Shown here: piece after piece, positions 1-20,588 of the stretch
How positions within the stretch are numbered: position 1 is the stretch's first letter
How the letters are laid out: every line of letters starts with the position of its first letter
Source: Phallusia mammillata
Lineage: Eukaryota
Assembly: GCA_965637545.1 (NCBI GenBank)
Contig: OZ281500.1
Span: 16,802,001-16,866,000 of the forward strand
Length of the DNA stretch: 64,000 nucleotides
Reading direction: 5' to 3'
Translations under genes and position numbers: made by a program
The notes under the pieces: model-generated
What the model was told of the DNA's origin: nothing
Databases searched by the model: none
Seen by the model: the letters and a program-made list of their open reading frames with translations, nothing else

Positions 1-1190
1 AATTGGCTGGAATTTGGATAGCTTGTATAGAGTATGACATTTATAGGTGTCGATTGTTGTGTTCAACCCTGTAGCCCCAACATATACCCCACAAGCCCCC
101 AAAGTGTAAAACGTATTTATATGTTACTGGGCACCACAAACGAAAGAATTCTGTGGCCCAATAGTGTTATAATGTCAACCAGTTGTCCGTTATGCTTGGT
201 GGGTTGCTTGGTGGACGTTTTTGCGCCATGACAATTAGGAGATTGTTAACAGCCCTATGACGTCAGAAGCATTAACGGTTGTTGCTCAAAACACCTCTAG
301 TGGTCAAAATTGTAAACATTGACAGATTGGGCTGAAATTTTACTATGGATTGAGTCATTGAGGTTTAATATTTTTTTAGTATAGTGTCAAACCCCATTAG
401 TAACTAGTGATGTACCGAATCGGCGAAATTTCGATTCGGCCGAAACCGAATATTCGGCGGTTTTGCCGAATAAATTCGGCCGAATCAACCGAATCATTTA
501 TGACGTCACGCAAAGTCGTACGCTACGCGTTTGACATGAAAAAATGTTTATCTACCAGGCAATTAGTGCAGAATAGTTGTGTTTCGTCCTCATTTCAGTT
601 CTGTGGGGTTTAAAATTGCCTCAAGCATGATTGGCAACCTGCCAATGAGTTGCTTATTTTTTTGACAACAGTGGGAAACCGATAATGTGTTGAAAAAGAT
701 AAAAATTGACGCGATTTTCGTTATGTTTGGGCTTTTGAAAGATTTGCGTGGTACCTTAAGCAGAAAAGACACGTTTAACGCTTTAAATTGGTGTTCGTAA
801 AAGATTCGGTTTCGGCCGAATCGCAACAAATTATTCGGCCGAAACCGAATCTTTGCAAAAATGACCGATTCGGCCGAATAAATCCGGCAAACCGAATATT
901 GGGTACATCTCTATTAGTAACCCAACTAGCCCCCTAAAATGGTTTCTAAAACAGTGTCGGAATTGGCTAAAATTTGGGTAGCATGGACCATGGTTGTCTC
1001 TTGAAATGCACTATTTTTAACTTTACATGTGTGGGGACCCATGAGTTTCTGCCTAGAGAAACAACTAAGGATATAAAGGACGATGGCTAATATGGGACCG
1101 AATACAAAATAAGCATAGGAAATATATTTATATTTTAAAATAGGTTATAGAGTAAATGCAACAACAAAATGTGCTAAGTCACCCTTCTAG
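1..1190 (+). mobile_element. Unclassified repeat, possibly the 3' part of a Helitron-like element inserted in intron 1 of collectin A
   Basis: The non-host sequence ends ...CCTTCTAG at 1190. Host intron resumes at TTAGGC (1191); the paralogous intron reads TTTTA|TTAGGC near 26955, consistent with an A|T insertion with a CTAG end. The terminal hairpin is weak. Confidence 0.3.
405..913. mobile_element. hAT-type MITE (TAGTGATGTACC family)
   Basis: TIRs TAGTGATGTACC / GGTACATCTCTA. Perfect 8-bp TSD TTAGTAAC at 397-404 and 914-921. Subterminal CCGAAT/ATTCGG repeats. Confidence 0.9.
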
Positions 1191-1351
1191 TTAGGCTTTG
1201 AGGTTGCTTGCCTACAATCGATGAATATATGGATCAGTGGTCGGTTACTTTTTTGACAAATTTCATTATCAACGAGTTTAAACGTATTTTTTACTTCCTG
1301 ATAGCCTGTGACACAGCGGTTCTCAAACTGGGGTCCGCGGTCCCTTAGGGG

Positions 1352-2382
1352 CAAGGATGGCAGTACGGTACGGTACGATACGCAGCAAATTTCATCAGTA
1401 CAATACGTAGGTACGGTACGCAAAGAAAGCTGAGGTACGGGTACGGTACGTGGTACGGTCCTTCGCTAGAGCGTACCACCGTACCAAAAGCGTACCGTAA
1501 GTTGTTTATTGTATGACTTTATCACACTGTCCTTTACACGCACAGTAGGCCTATTATTAAAACGCGCACATGACAAGAACAGAGATTAACTCGACATTTG
1601 TAATTGATTCTCAAGTTAGTTAAAAAAAACTATCTAGTATTGTTGTCTCTTTCGCAGCAATGATTTTAAGAAACACGCTGTTGAAAATTACACATTGTCG
1701 CTGCACGAGCCCATCGTAGAAAACACATCAACCTTACATTTCGAATAAGCTGGTTGTAGTGGGACAGGTTGAGTCAGGGTTGCCATACCGTCCTTATTTC
1801 TAAGATTTGTCCTTATTTTGATGGGCAATGTCTTAAAAAAGTTCATTGTCCTTATTTCTAAGAAATGTCCTTATTTTTGACTCGAGTCCTTATTTTGTCT
1901 TATTTTCAACAATTATACTGGTCAAATCTCTGCTACAAGTAAAAGTAAACCTAGACATGTTGTGAGATGCATAGGCCTACCATACCTCCTCTTTTTGGAG
2001 GACATGTCATCCTTTTTTTTAACGAAAAGCAAGTTGTCCTCCAAGGACAATAAATAATACCCAAATGCCCTCCTTTTTTAATTTTCTGCATTTACTAAAT
2101 ACCTAAATAACAATTCTTTCTTTAAAACCGGCCAAAGAGTGCGAGTTGTGGCAATTGTTAATTGAAATTCACAATTTATAGTAAGTTAAACTTCATCCAA
2201 ATTGGACTAAAACAATTGAAATTCGTTCAATATCTTGTGCCTTCATTTTCTTTGGGCACAAAAGTAAGTGTTAATGTTCTTACGGTGCGTTTTGATTTTT
2301 GACATTTGGTACGGTACGCTCTAAGTAACGAGGTACGTGGTATGGTCAATGCAATACGTACCGTACCGTGCTGCCATCCTTG
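1352..2382. mobile_element. Nested hAT MITE (CAAGGATGGCAGTACGG family)
   Basis: TIRs CAAGGATGGCAGTACGGTACGG / CCGTACCGTGCTGCCATCCTTG. TSD CTTAGGGG / TTTAGGGG. GTACG-rich subtermini; contains fragments of other MITEs near 1775 and 1971. Confidence 0.85.
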
Positions 2383-2514
2383 TTTAGGGGTCCGCCACGC
2401 GATTTCATGAGGCGCGCGAATTGTTAAAGTATTTCCGCAATCTTACCGTATGTAATATGAGATCTTGCGTGCGTACAAACCAAAATTAGATTGGCAAACG
2501 AGTTTTGTGTAGCA

Positions 2515-3081
2515 CAGGGGCGGGTAACTTCTCCAGTCGACGGGCCTGATATGGGAAAATGAAGTACTTGGCGGGCCGGATTCCTGAATCGATACATTAA
2601 TCGCGTATTTATCCAGTGATTTAAAACGGATTTTTGACCACCTAAAGTCCTAAACCAAATACAATCAAGAACGTCACAATTACAATGCGGTCCCAACAAT
2701 GTAACAGATATAACATAAAATTATTCACCACAGCAAATTTAATGCGTAACACCTCAGACTTAGATACTGCTGAAACACTAACTAGGCTACACGTGTGGAA
2801 ACAAAGGAAACCGTGAAAGCAGGCCACACACAAGGTTGGCAGCTATGTCGTAACAATGGGCGCATAGTGCAATCGTAACAACGGCGGGAAAGTTTTTTAC
2901 TATTGGGGAGCGTTACTGTCCGTTACAACTATAAATTTGCGCAGTAAGCAAGTAGTGGGGGATTGCGGCAGACTGTGGCCGCGGACCACATTATCTTGTA
3001 AGACCGGAAACTGACTGCGGGCCGTTCAAAATCCCGTCGCGGGCCGGATCCGGCCCGCGGGCCGTATGTTGCCCGCCCCTG
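2515..3081. mobile_element. Nested hAT MITE (CAGGGGCGGG family)
   Basis: TIRs CAGGGGCGGGTAAC / GTTGCCCGCCCCTG. Perfect TSD GTGTAGCA at 2507-2514 and 3082-3089. Confidence 0.9.
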
Positions 3082-3870
3082 GTGTAGCAAGAAGTGGTTC
3101 TTTACTTCATTTTCAAGTAACAAACAGAGGCAATTGTTCGCGCACTATGTTTGTATTGTTTTAGTCTTTTTTGTGACGTAATAAATTGCCTTTGAAACAT
3201 TCCCACGCAAAGTGATCTTACGAAACTAAACTAAATTCATTCTGTATTTTGTTGTGGGAATACTTTCGAAATGCAGAAATTAACTTTTAGTTTGGTAACT
3301 GGACAGTTTTATTTTGCCACGGTATTTTAAATTTTATGAATATATTTAGCTTGAACCGCGAGTGCTCGAAAAAGTTGCAAAGGGACCGTTATGACAAAAA
3401 AACCAAAAAATGTTAAGAACCGCTGCTGTAACACGATGTAAATCAGATAAATAACTCTAAATTGAACGAACATATAAAGGTTAGCCCAATATGCCGACTA
3501 GGACACCGATAACAAAACTATAACCGTTTGTATAAAACAAACGCCGAAGCGACAGTGAAGTTTGTTCTCTAAAGTTTTAAAATTCCCCACTGGGGAGAAT
3601 TTTTCGAACCACTGGGGTCAAGGTGAAAATTCTACTCATAAAAACATTGCAAGCTTGGATAAAGCTTTTTCATTAAACCAGTATTGAGCCTATTACACGA
3701 CAAGCTTTCCGGGTTCAACAAAGGCAAAGCGTACTTCAAGCTGCTTGTAAAAATGTAAATAATGCTACAAAAAACTTAAACGCAGCAGGAAGCGTTGTCA
3801 TTAACCCTTCCAAAAATGTTATCCTAAATACTAACCTATCCGCAAATTACTTGTTATAAGTATTGTGTCA

Positions 3871-5984
<2,114 letters not shown>

Positions 5985-6714
5985 TTCCATTGCCACGGAA
6001 TCCCATGGTTCCACGCATAATAAACTCTTCATCGTGATTCGAAGAGTTGTGGATTTCTCCATCGGTTTATTATAAAATTGCAATCACCATTACTAATTAC
6101 AGTTTATAAACCTAATCAATTGTTGCAGTTTTGTCGATTGTTTTCTTTTAATAATTTTAAACGTTGTAAGTTCGCTGGTTAACCTTATATAGTCGTGCAT
6201 TAAACCTGAATCATTATCGTCTATCATCTCCTACTATAGCATTAACATGGTATCTTTTCACGCCATTGCGCACGTTATCAGTCATTGATTATAATAATCA
6301 ATAAATGTAATATGTATAAAATGGTGACACGTTTTTCCAACATTACAAGTGAACAGAATAAAACTTCTTGCAAGCAAATTGTTGGATACTGCGCACCACC
6401 ATTAGATCACCAGCAGTTCCAACTTCCTAATTAGTTGGAAGTTAAGTGCATCCATAGGTCGTATCCTGGGTGCCTGTGGTCAAGCTGTATCAACGGTCCA
6501 AACCAGATCAAATAAATTAAGAGCATTAGTAACATCTTTGACATCGACGGGTCGTGTTTGTAAGACTTAGGATCTACTGCGCAAATGCAGCCTTATTTAA
6601 AAGCAGCAGCAAAGTTTAGGCGAGTAATTCAATAGCATTACTCAAAATCAATTCGTTAGGTTCGTGTCAAAGGTTGCCAAATGACAGTTGACTTTGTCGC
6701 GTCATAGTTCTGCG

Positions 6715-7780
6715 GAGAGTTGTAAGTCGGTTCTGGCTTATGTTTTTTTTTTTTTTGAAAAACGAGCTTGATTTTGTGTCAAGTTTTTTTATACATACAT
6801 TTTTGTAGCTAAATAGCCAGTTGTTGGACCTGATCTAATATCAAACAGTCATACGCTCTGTTCAAAACCAGTTGTCGATTGTTTTTGTTGTCTTGGTATT
6901 TTCTGAGGCTTCAAGTATAGGCCTGTCAATCACACTTCCGGGCCTAAACAGGCTTCTCATAAACGATTAGGGTTTGTAGTGTTTACAATTAGTATTAAAC
7001 GATCACTACGTTAACAGTATACCACGTGACCGTATGTGACCACGCCGTTTCAATCTATGAGCACGAGCAATAGCGAGAGCACATAAACAAACACTTTGTG
7101 TTATGTCTAGTCTCTGACAAAGCACTATGCAGCGAAACACTATAACTGGCGACGGGGATAATTAATAGTAATCAAGGATTGACAAAGATACTTTTAAAGT
7201 CACCTTGAAACTCGTAAAACACCTGAAAGTTGAGGAGAAAGACAGACGAAAAAGCTAAACAAATACAAGATGGCTGCTACACTGTCAGATAGTTTACCTC
7301 CATTTGACGTTACCGATCATTCAACAGCTGGTACACGTTGGACAAAATGGGTGAAACGCCTTGAAAACTTATTTGTGGTAAAAGACATCACAAATGACAA
7401 GATAAAACGTGCTTGTTTGCTACATTATGCAGGAGCAGAAGTATTTGACATTTTTGAAACATTACCAGATAATGGCAATACTGAAGAGTATGACAAAGCT
7501 CTGCAAGCTCTGAACAAATACTTTATTCCAATGAAACATATTGATTATGAAATATTCAAGTTTCGTGAGACAAAACAAGAAGAAGATGAAAACATGAATC
7601 AATTTTATTCATATCTTCGACAACTCTCTGTTGATTGTGATTTCAATGATCGAGACAAAGAGATCAAAAGTCAAATCATCAGCAAGTGCAGAGATACAAA
7701 GTTAAGATTAAGAGCACTTGAAAAGAGAGATATCAATTTGCCGGGTTCGGGCTCAAATTTCAAACCCGTTTACAACTCTG
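6715..7780. mobile_element. hAT-type non-autonomous element containing a Gypsy fragment
   Basis: TIRs GAGAGTTGTAA / TTACAACTCTG. Perfect 8-bp TSD GTTCTGCG at 6707-6714 and 7781-7788. The empty site CATAGTTCTGCGCTTGG is seen in the paralogous flank near 10863. Confidence 0.8.
6975..7741 (+). mobile_element. Truncated Ty3/Gypsy element: 5' LTR 6975-7144, PBS 7147-7154, gag from 7270
   Basis: LTR termini TGTAGTG...CACTATA followed by PBS TGGCGACG. ORF 7270 (PPFD..RWTKWVKRLENLF..LLHYAG..EIFKFRETKQ) resembles Gypsy gag and breaks at about 7741 into the hAT right end. Confidence 0.85.
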
Positions 7781-8607
7781 GTTCTGCGCTAGGTACTATG
7801 TGTACCTGACCATTTTTCCTGTTTTAGGACAATCTTTCCTAACCCCAATTTAAAAAAATCCCCATTTTTCCGATATAACAAAAAATGCTTCAAGTAATGC
7901 CGAAACTGGAACTATTTTCATGTAAATTCGACCGCTTAATTTTCAAGAAGACTTTAAACATTACCATGCAGCGTACATTATATTACGCTCAAGTGTTAGA
8001 ACCCAAAAGTTTATCTAATTTGGCCAATCTAATTCGCGTTAAAGCTTACCAGTTTGCAGAAATCAGTAAATTTTTGATTTTTTCCTGTACCCTTTTCCTG
8101 TATTATATTGGGCATAATATGTCATTCATGGGGCTCGATCGCGTAACAATGGGTTGGACAACTTGTATTTCATATAGATTTGAGTCGCAACTATTCAGTT
8201 TTAGATTTTTGCATCACAATGATTATAGATTGTGACACGCGATACCAAGCTGTACTGCAAAACATGCACAAAAGGTTGCGAACTATAACAAAAGCGTGTC
8301 ATATTTTTACACGTTTTGGGAAATCTTTATTTCTAGGTTAAAATCAGTTGTCAGTTTAAAAAACTCATAAAAACAATGCAAGCTTTGATGAAGCTATTTT
8401 ATTAAACCGGTACTAAGCCTGTTACACGATATGCATTTCAGGTTCAACAAAGGCGAAACGTATTCCAAGCTGCATCTAAAAATGTTAATAATGTCACAGA
8501 AAAAAAACTAAATCGCAGCAGCATGTGTTGCCATTACACCTTCCAAAAACGTTATCCCAAGTACAAATCTATCCGCAAATTACTTGCTTTAAGTATTGTG
8601 CCAGCTA

Positions 8608-9729
<1,122 letters not shown>

Positions 9730-12572
9730 TTTCATTGACTAACCGAATCGCTTGGTGTTTGTTATTTTATTTTAGATCGGTAAATAACTTTGTATCGAAT
9801 AGTAAACACCTTTTCACATAGTTGTGGCTTTCTCCAGCGGTTCATTATGGCATTACAGTCACCGTTACTAATTACGGTTTTTTAATTTAAATGTTTTAGT
9901 TTTGTTTCAATAATCGCAAACGTTGTTCCTAAGCTTGATGGTTAATCCTATTTAGTCGTGCATTTAAGCTGAAGCATTTTCATCGCCTATTTTAGCATTA
10001 AAAAAAGTATAACTTTTCATCGCCATTTCGCAAGTTTTCTGCCATCATTATATTATGATCAATCTTTTATTTGTATCAAATCATTTTTTTTGGTAAATCA
10101 TTATATTATGTAGAAAATGGTGACACTCTTTTCCATCCCTACAGTTGTTCAAAATAAAACTTCCAGAAAATATAGTGTATGTTGCTTGGATACTGCACGC
10201 GCACCACCTTCATCAGATCATGTATCCTGGATGCTTGAGCAAGCTCTAACAATGGTCCGAACCAGGTCATTTGTAATAAGAGTGACACAAAAAAAATTGA
10301 ATGAATTTAGATCTTTAGTGAATCTTTGACGTCCTAAAAACGAGTCGTGTTTGTGAGGGTTAAGATCTACTGCGCAAATGCGGTAGACCTTCTAACACAG
10401 GAACTCACAGCACACACGGTTGGCAAAATACCGATGGAGGGCGGAAAGAGCGCAGCTATTTAAAAACAGTAAAACTGGGATGGGGTTAGTGACTAAATTC
10501 AACATAAATAACTAGGTTTTTAGGTTAATTTTATTGTTATTATTATTATGAAACCTCAGACTAACCCTAATAGCCATAACATTAAGCAATTTTTGAACAA
10601 ACTGCATTTAAAATATTTGAGGGCGCAACCAAAGTACTGAATTTATCAAAACTGCGTGCAGTAAATTCCTGTACTAATACTTTTACCCGCAAATGCAACC
10701 TCAGTTAAAAGCTGAAAGTAAACGAAAAATCTTTATAACTGCCTGAGTATCGGTCAAGTTTAGGCGAATAATTCAATAGCATTACTCAAAAACAATTCTC
10801 TAGATTTGTGTCGAAGGTTGCCAAACGACAATTGACACACCTTTTTAATGACCTAGCCGCATCATAGTTCTGCGCTTGGTGCTTTGCGTACCTGACCATT
10901 TTTCCTGTTTTAGCTGCGAACTAATGCTACAGCACCGAAAATTTAGGGAATCATGTCAACAAAATAAATCAAAATTGAATGAGTCAATTGTTCTGAAAAG
11001 TGTTCCAACCATTTCAAGTTTGTTGTTGGGTTGTTCACGTGTTCATTGAATCGCTTTTTAATATCACTGCATTTTCGGGTTTAAAACTCCAATTTGTGTA
11101 GCTGCTGAGCCTCGTGTATCGGTACAAAAATTCGTGCAAAATAATATATTGATGCAAGCGCAGCAATACACATCGAAGGAGTTACTTAACTGAATATTAC
11201 TAATTGTCCTGGCAATTTTTGTAAATCGAAAATATCTACAGCGACAAAAAACTTGTGGACACGAAACGTTTCCAGGTGCTGATTAGAGTTGATAGTTTTG
11301 TTTTAGGTTATATTAGAATTTTTAAAGTTGCCTTTCTCTGATCGGTAATGTTTAATAAACAAATTTACGAGTGTATTTACTGATAACTTGGTAGCCTACA
11401 AGTTGGGTGATAGTTAAACATCATTTTTTTCGTTGTATTCAGAGCAGCGATCGAGTAATTTATAGGCCTAGTTTTTTTCAACGTAGCCTATACATCTCAT
11501 GAAACTTAACTTGTTGCAGTGCATAACACCATGCACTACTTTTAATTCCGTGATCCCTATTCTCGTCTGGGATGAAACACCTAAACAACTCACATGATGA
11601 AGCAACTTTTATCTCATACTAGGCCCCTGTTGTTTATGGTTTGTAATTGTTCTTATCCCTAGGTAAACTATCTGAAACAATTTAAGTTGCATTAGGCTAA
11701 TGCTCCATGTAGCAGTGGTTAATGGATTCTCCGGCTAAGTAATTTTCTGCCGGGACAAACAAACAAAGAACGGTGCATAATTCTTCAGTGCATATGCTGT
11801 TACCCCGTATTTGTTTTATTTTACAACACCAGATCGAATCACTTGTGAAAGTCGTTTACGAGTGTGCTACGCAGAAACATCAGTATATAGCCACCGAAAC
11901 GTCGTTTTGTAATTTCTGTATGCAAACAAGAAAATAGTGAAAGTAATTTTTACGCAGTCGGTTGCCACTTGTATATTTCAATTCGAAAGACCTTTGCTAG
12001 ACTACATATTGCGACACCACAAGTGTTTCCGTTGAACAATCAACGACACTTTCAACCATTCTCCCCTAATAGAGAATAATTGAAAATTATGAAAAGTAAA
12101 TGCCATAACGGTTAACGAGTAGACTTGTGAACACCCTGATTTCAATAAATATGTAACTGAAAACAAGTACGCTAGTATATTGTCTTAAACAACCACTAAA
12201 CAGGTTGACGATTTCTAATATGTGAATATGGTTTGGTACCAGTTGTTTTAAAGTCTAACAATAAATGGTATGTCATTAAAACTGTTGCAAGTTTGTACCA
12301 TCAAGCTTTGTACAATCACTATTAGGTGCATTTTAGGGTTAAAGGTGAAAGTGTATTTATAATCCTTGAAATAAAGTTACCATGTAAAAAAGTAAATTAA
12401 TTTGCACTTTGTTTGATCTGTGATGTACATTTCTTCACCTTTTTGATAAACCATGCAAGTATTAGAAAGATATTTACACATTACCAAATACTCTATGTTG
12501 TGTTATCAACAGCAAATAAAGTTAGATTTAGTTCTACAAGGAGTTAACAAAATTGGTTTAAGAACATAAAAA

Positions 12573-13095
12573 CTATAGAGCTGTTGGTCTTTCACAAAGG
12601 GTTTTGAGGCGACTAGAGCACGACACGTCAACCCACAACCCATGGTGACCAATGGTACAATCCTCTCCTCCACAACAGTTGTTTGGTTGACCCGAACGCC
12701 AGTTGGTTCACCCTTGACTCGCCGAAACACCATCTTCCCACACGAAACTTCCGTCCCATAGCTATATCAGTCAATCCATTATACGCGTTCCAATCGTCGG
12801 TGTAATGTGCGTTGATGCTCCTGCCAATTTAGGGAATATGCCTTATTAAAAAATGTGTTTTGTATGTTTTTGTTTATAATTACTAGTGTTGGCATAACGC
12901 AAAAAAAATTCAATTTATTATATTTAAAAAAAAATACTAACTGGTAAATAGTTTCATTTCTCATTCCCACAGATGCGACTTGGCCACCGATTTCAGCAGA
13001 TTTTGTTCTTCCGTTTTCATATCCAGCTTCATGGTTTACAAACTTGTACCGGTACCCATTCGGCGCCGGAAAATACCACTCTTACCAATAATTTT
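12573..13095 (-). pseudogene. Collectin fragment E (type II): CRD exons 12942-13095 and 12573-12820
   Basis: Homologous to F exons. TAA after ENYW in CRD1, a core Cys changed to Ser, and a +1 insertion plus TGG>TGA in CRD2. Upstream exons are absent. Confidence 0.85.
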
Positions 13096-14647
13096 CTGTG
13101 GCAGAAAACGTAGATGGTTAGACTAACTTGCTTGGACGCAATTTAAGACGCCGCTCGTGATAAGACGCCGCAATTTAAAACGCCGAAATTTAAGACGCCT
13201 GATTTTTCAGTTTACTGCATTTCTGTTGAACAGTCTTCATGACAATGAAAAATCAACACATTTATTTTTAAATAATTATCAGGCTCGAATAAGTTAATAA
13301 TAACACAACAGAGAGTATTTGGAAATGTGTAAATATCTTTCTAATACTTGCATGGTTTATCAAAAAGGTGAAGAAATGTACATCACAGATCAAACAAAGT
13401 GCTAATTTACTTTTTTACATGGTAACTTTATTTCAAGGATTATAAATACACTTTCACCTTTAACTCTAAAATGCACCTAATAATGATTGCACAAAGCTTG
13501 ATGGTAAATAAACAAACTTGCAACAATTTTAATGACACACCGTATTTTGATAGACTTTAAAGCAACTGGTACCAAACCATATTCACATACTAGAAATCAT
13601 CAACCTGTTTAGTGGTTGTATAAGACAATATACTTGCGTACTTCTTTTCAGTTACATATTTATTACCATCAGGGTGTTCACAAGTCTATACTCGTTAACC
13701 GTTATAGCTCATTAGTACAGGAATTTACTGCACGCAGTTTGATAAATTTAGTACTTTGATTGCGCCCTCAAGTATTTTAAATGCAGTTTGTTCAAAAAAT
13801 GCTTAATGTTATGGCTATTAGGATTAGTCTGAGGTTTCATAATAATAATAACAATAAAATTAACCTAAAAACCTAGTTATTTATGTTGAATTTAGTCGCT
13901 AACCCCATCCCAGTTTCACTGTTTTTAAATAGCTGCGCTCTTTCCGCCTTCCATCGGTATTTAGCAAACCGTGTGTGCTGTGAGTTCCTGTGTTAGAAGG
14001 TCTACCGCATTTGCGCAGTAGATCTTAACCCTCACAAACACGACTCGTTTTTAGGACGTCAAAGATTCACTAAAGATCTAAATTCATTCAATGTTTTTTG
14101 TGTCACTCTTATTACAAATGACCTGGTTCGGACCATTGTTAGAGCTTGCTCAAGCATCCAGGATACGTGATCTGATGAAGGTGGTGCGCGTGCAGTATCC
14201 AAGCAACATACACTATATTTTCAGGAAGTTTTATTTTGAACAACAGTAGGGATGGAAAAGAGTGTCACCATTTTCTACATATTATAATGATTTATCAAAA
14301 AAAATGATGTGATACAAATAAAAGATTGATCATAATATAATGATGGCAGAAAACTTGCGAAATGGCGATGAAAAGTTATACTTTTTTTAATGCTAAAATA
14401 GGCGATGAAAATGCTTCAGCTTAAATGCACGACTAAATAGGATTAACCATCAAGCTTAGGAACAACGTTTGCGATTATTGAAACAAAACTAAAACATTTC
14501 CGTAATTAGTAACGGTGACTGTAATACCATAATGAACCGCTGGAGAAAGCCACAACTATGTGAAAAGGTGTTTACTATTCGATAGAAAGTTATTTACCGA
14601 TCTAAAATAAAATAACAAACACCAAGCGATTCGGTTAGTCAATGAAA

Positions 14648-20588
<5,941 letters not shown>

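Larger units (their letters stand above)
1314..3425. mobile_element. hAT MITE (CAGCGGTTCT family) expanded by nested MITEs
   Basis: TIRs CAGCGGTTCTCAA / TTAAGAACCGCTG. TSD CTGTGACA (1306-1313) / CTGTAACA (3426-3433). An un-nested ~485-bp relative lies inverted at 47570-48054. Confidence 0.85.

Noticed and set aside
407-829. ORFs 407-613, 590-829, 9179-9388, 15817-16026, 58214-58657, 63384-63653
   Set aside because: They lie within or across MITEs, or antisense to neck exons, with no recognisable domains.
7885-8235. 116-aa ORF after the Gypsy fragment
   Set aside because: No gag/pol similarity or splice support; it lies outside the hAT TSD in an unclassified repeat fragment.
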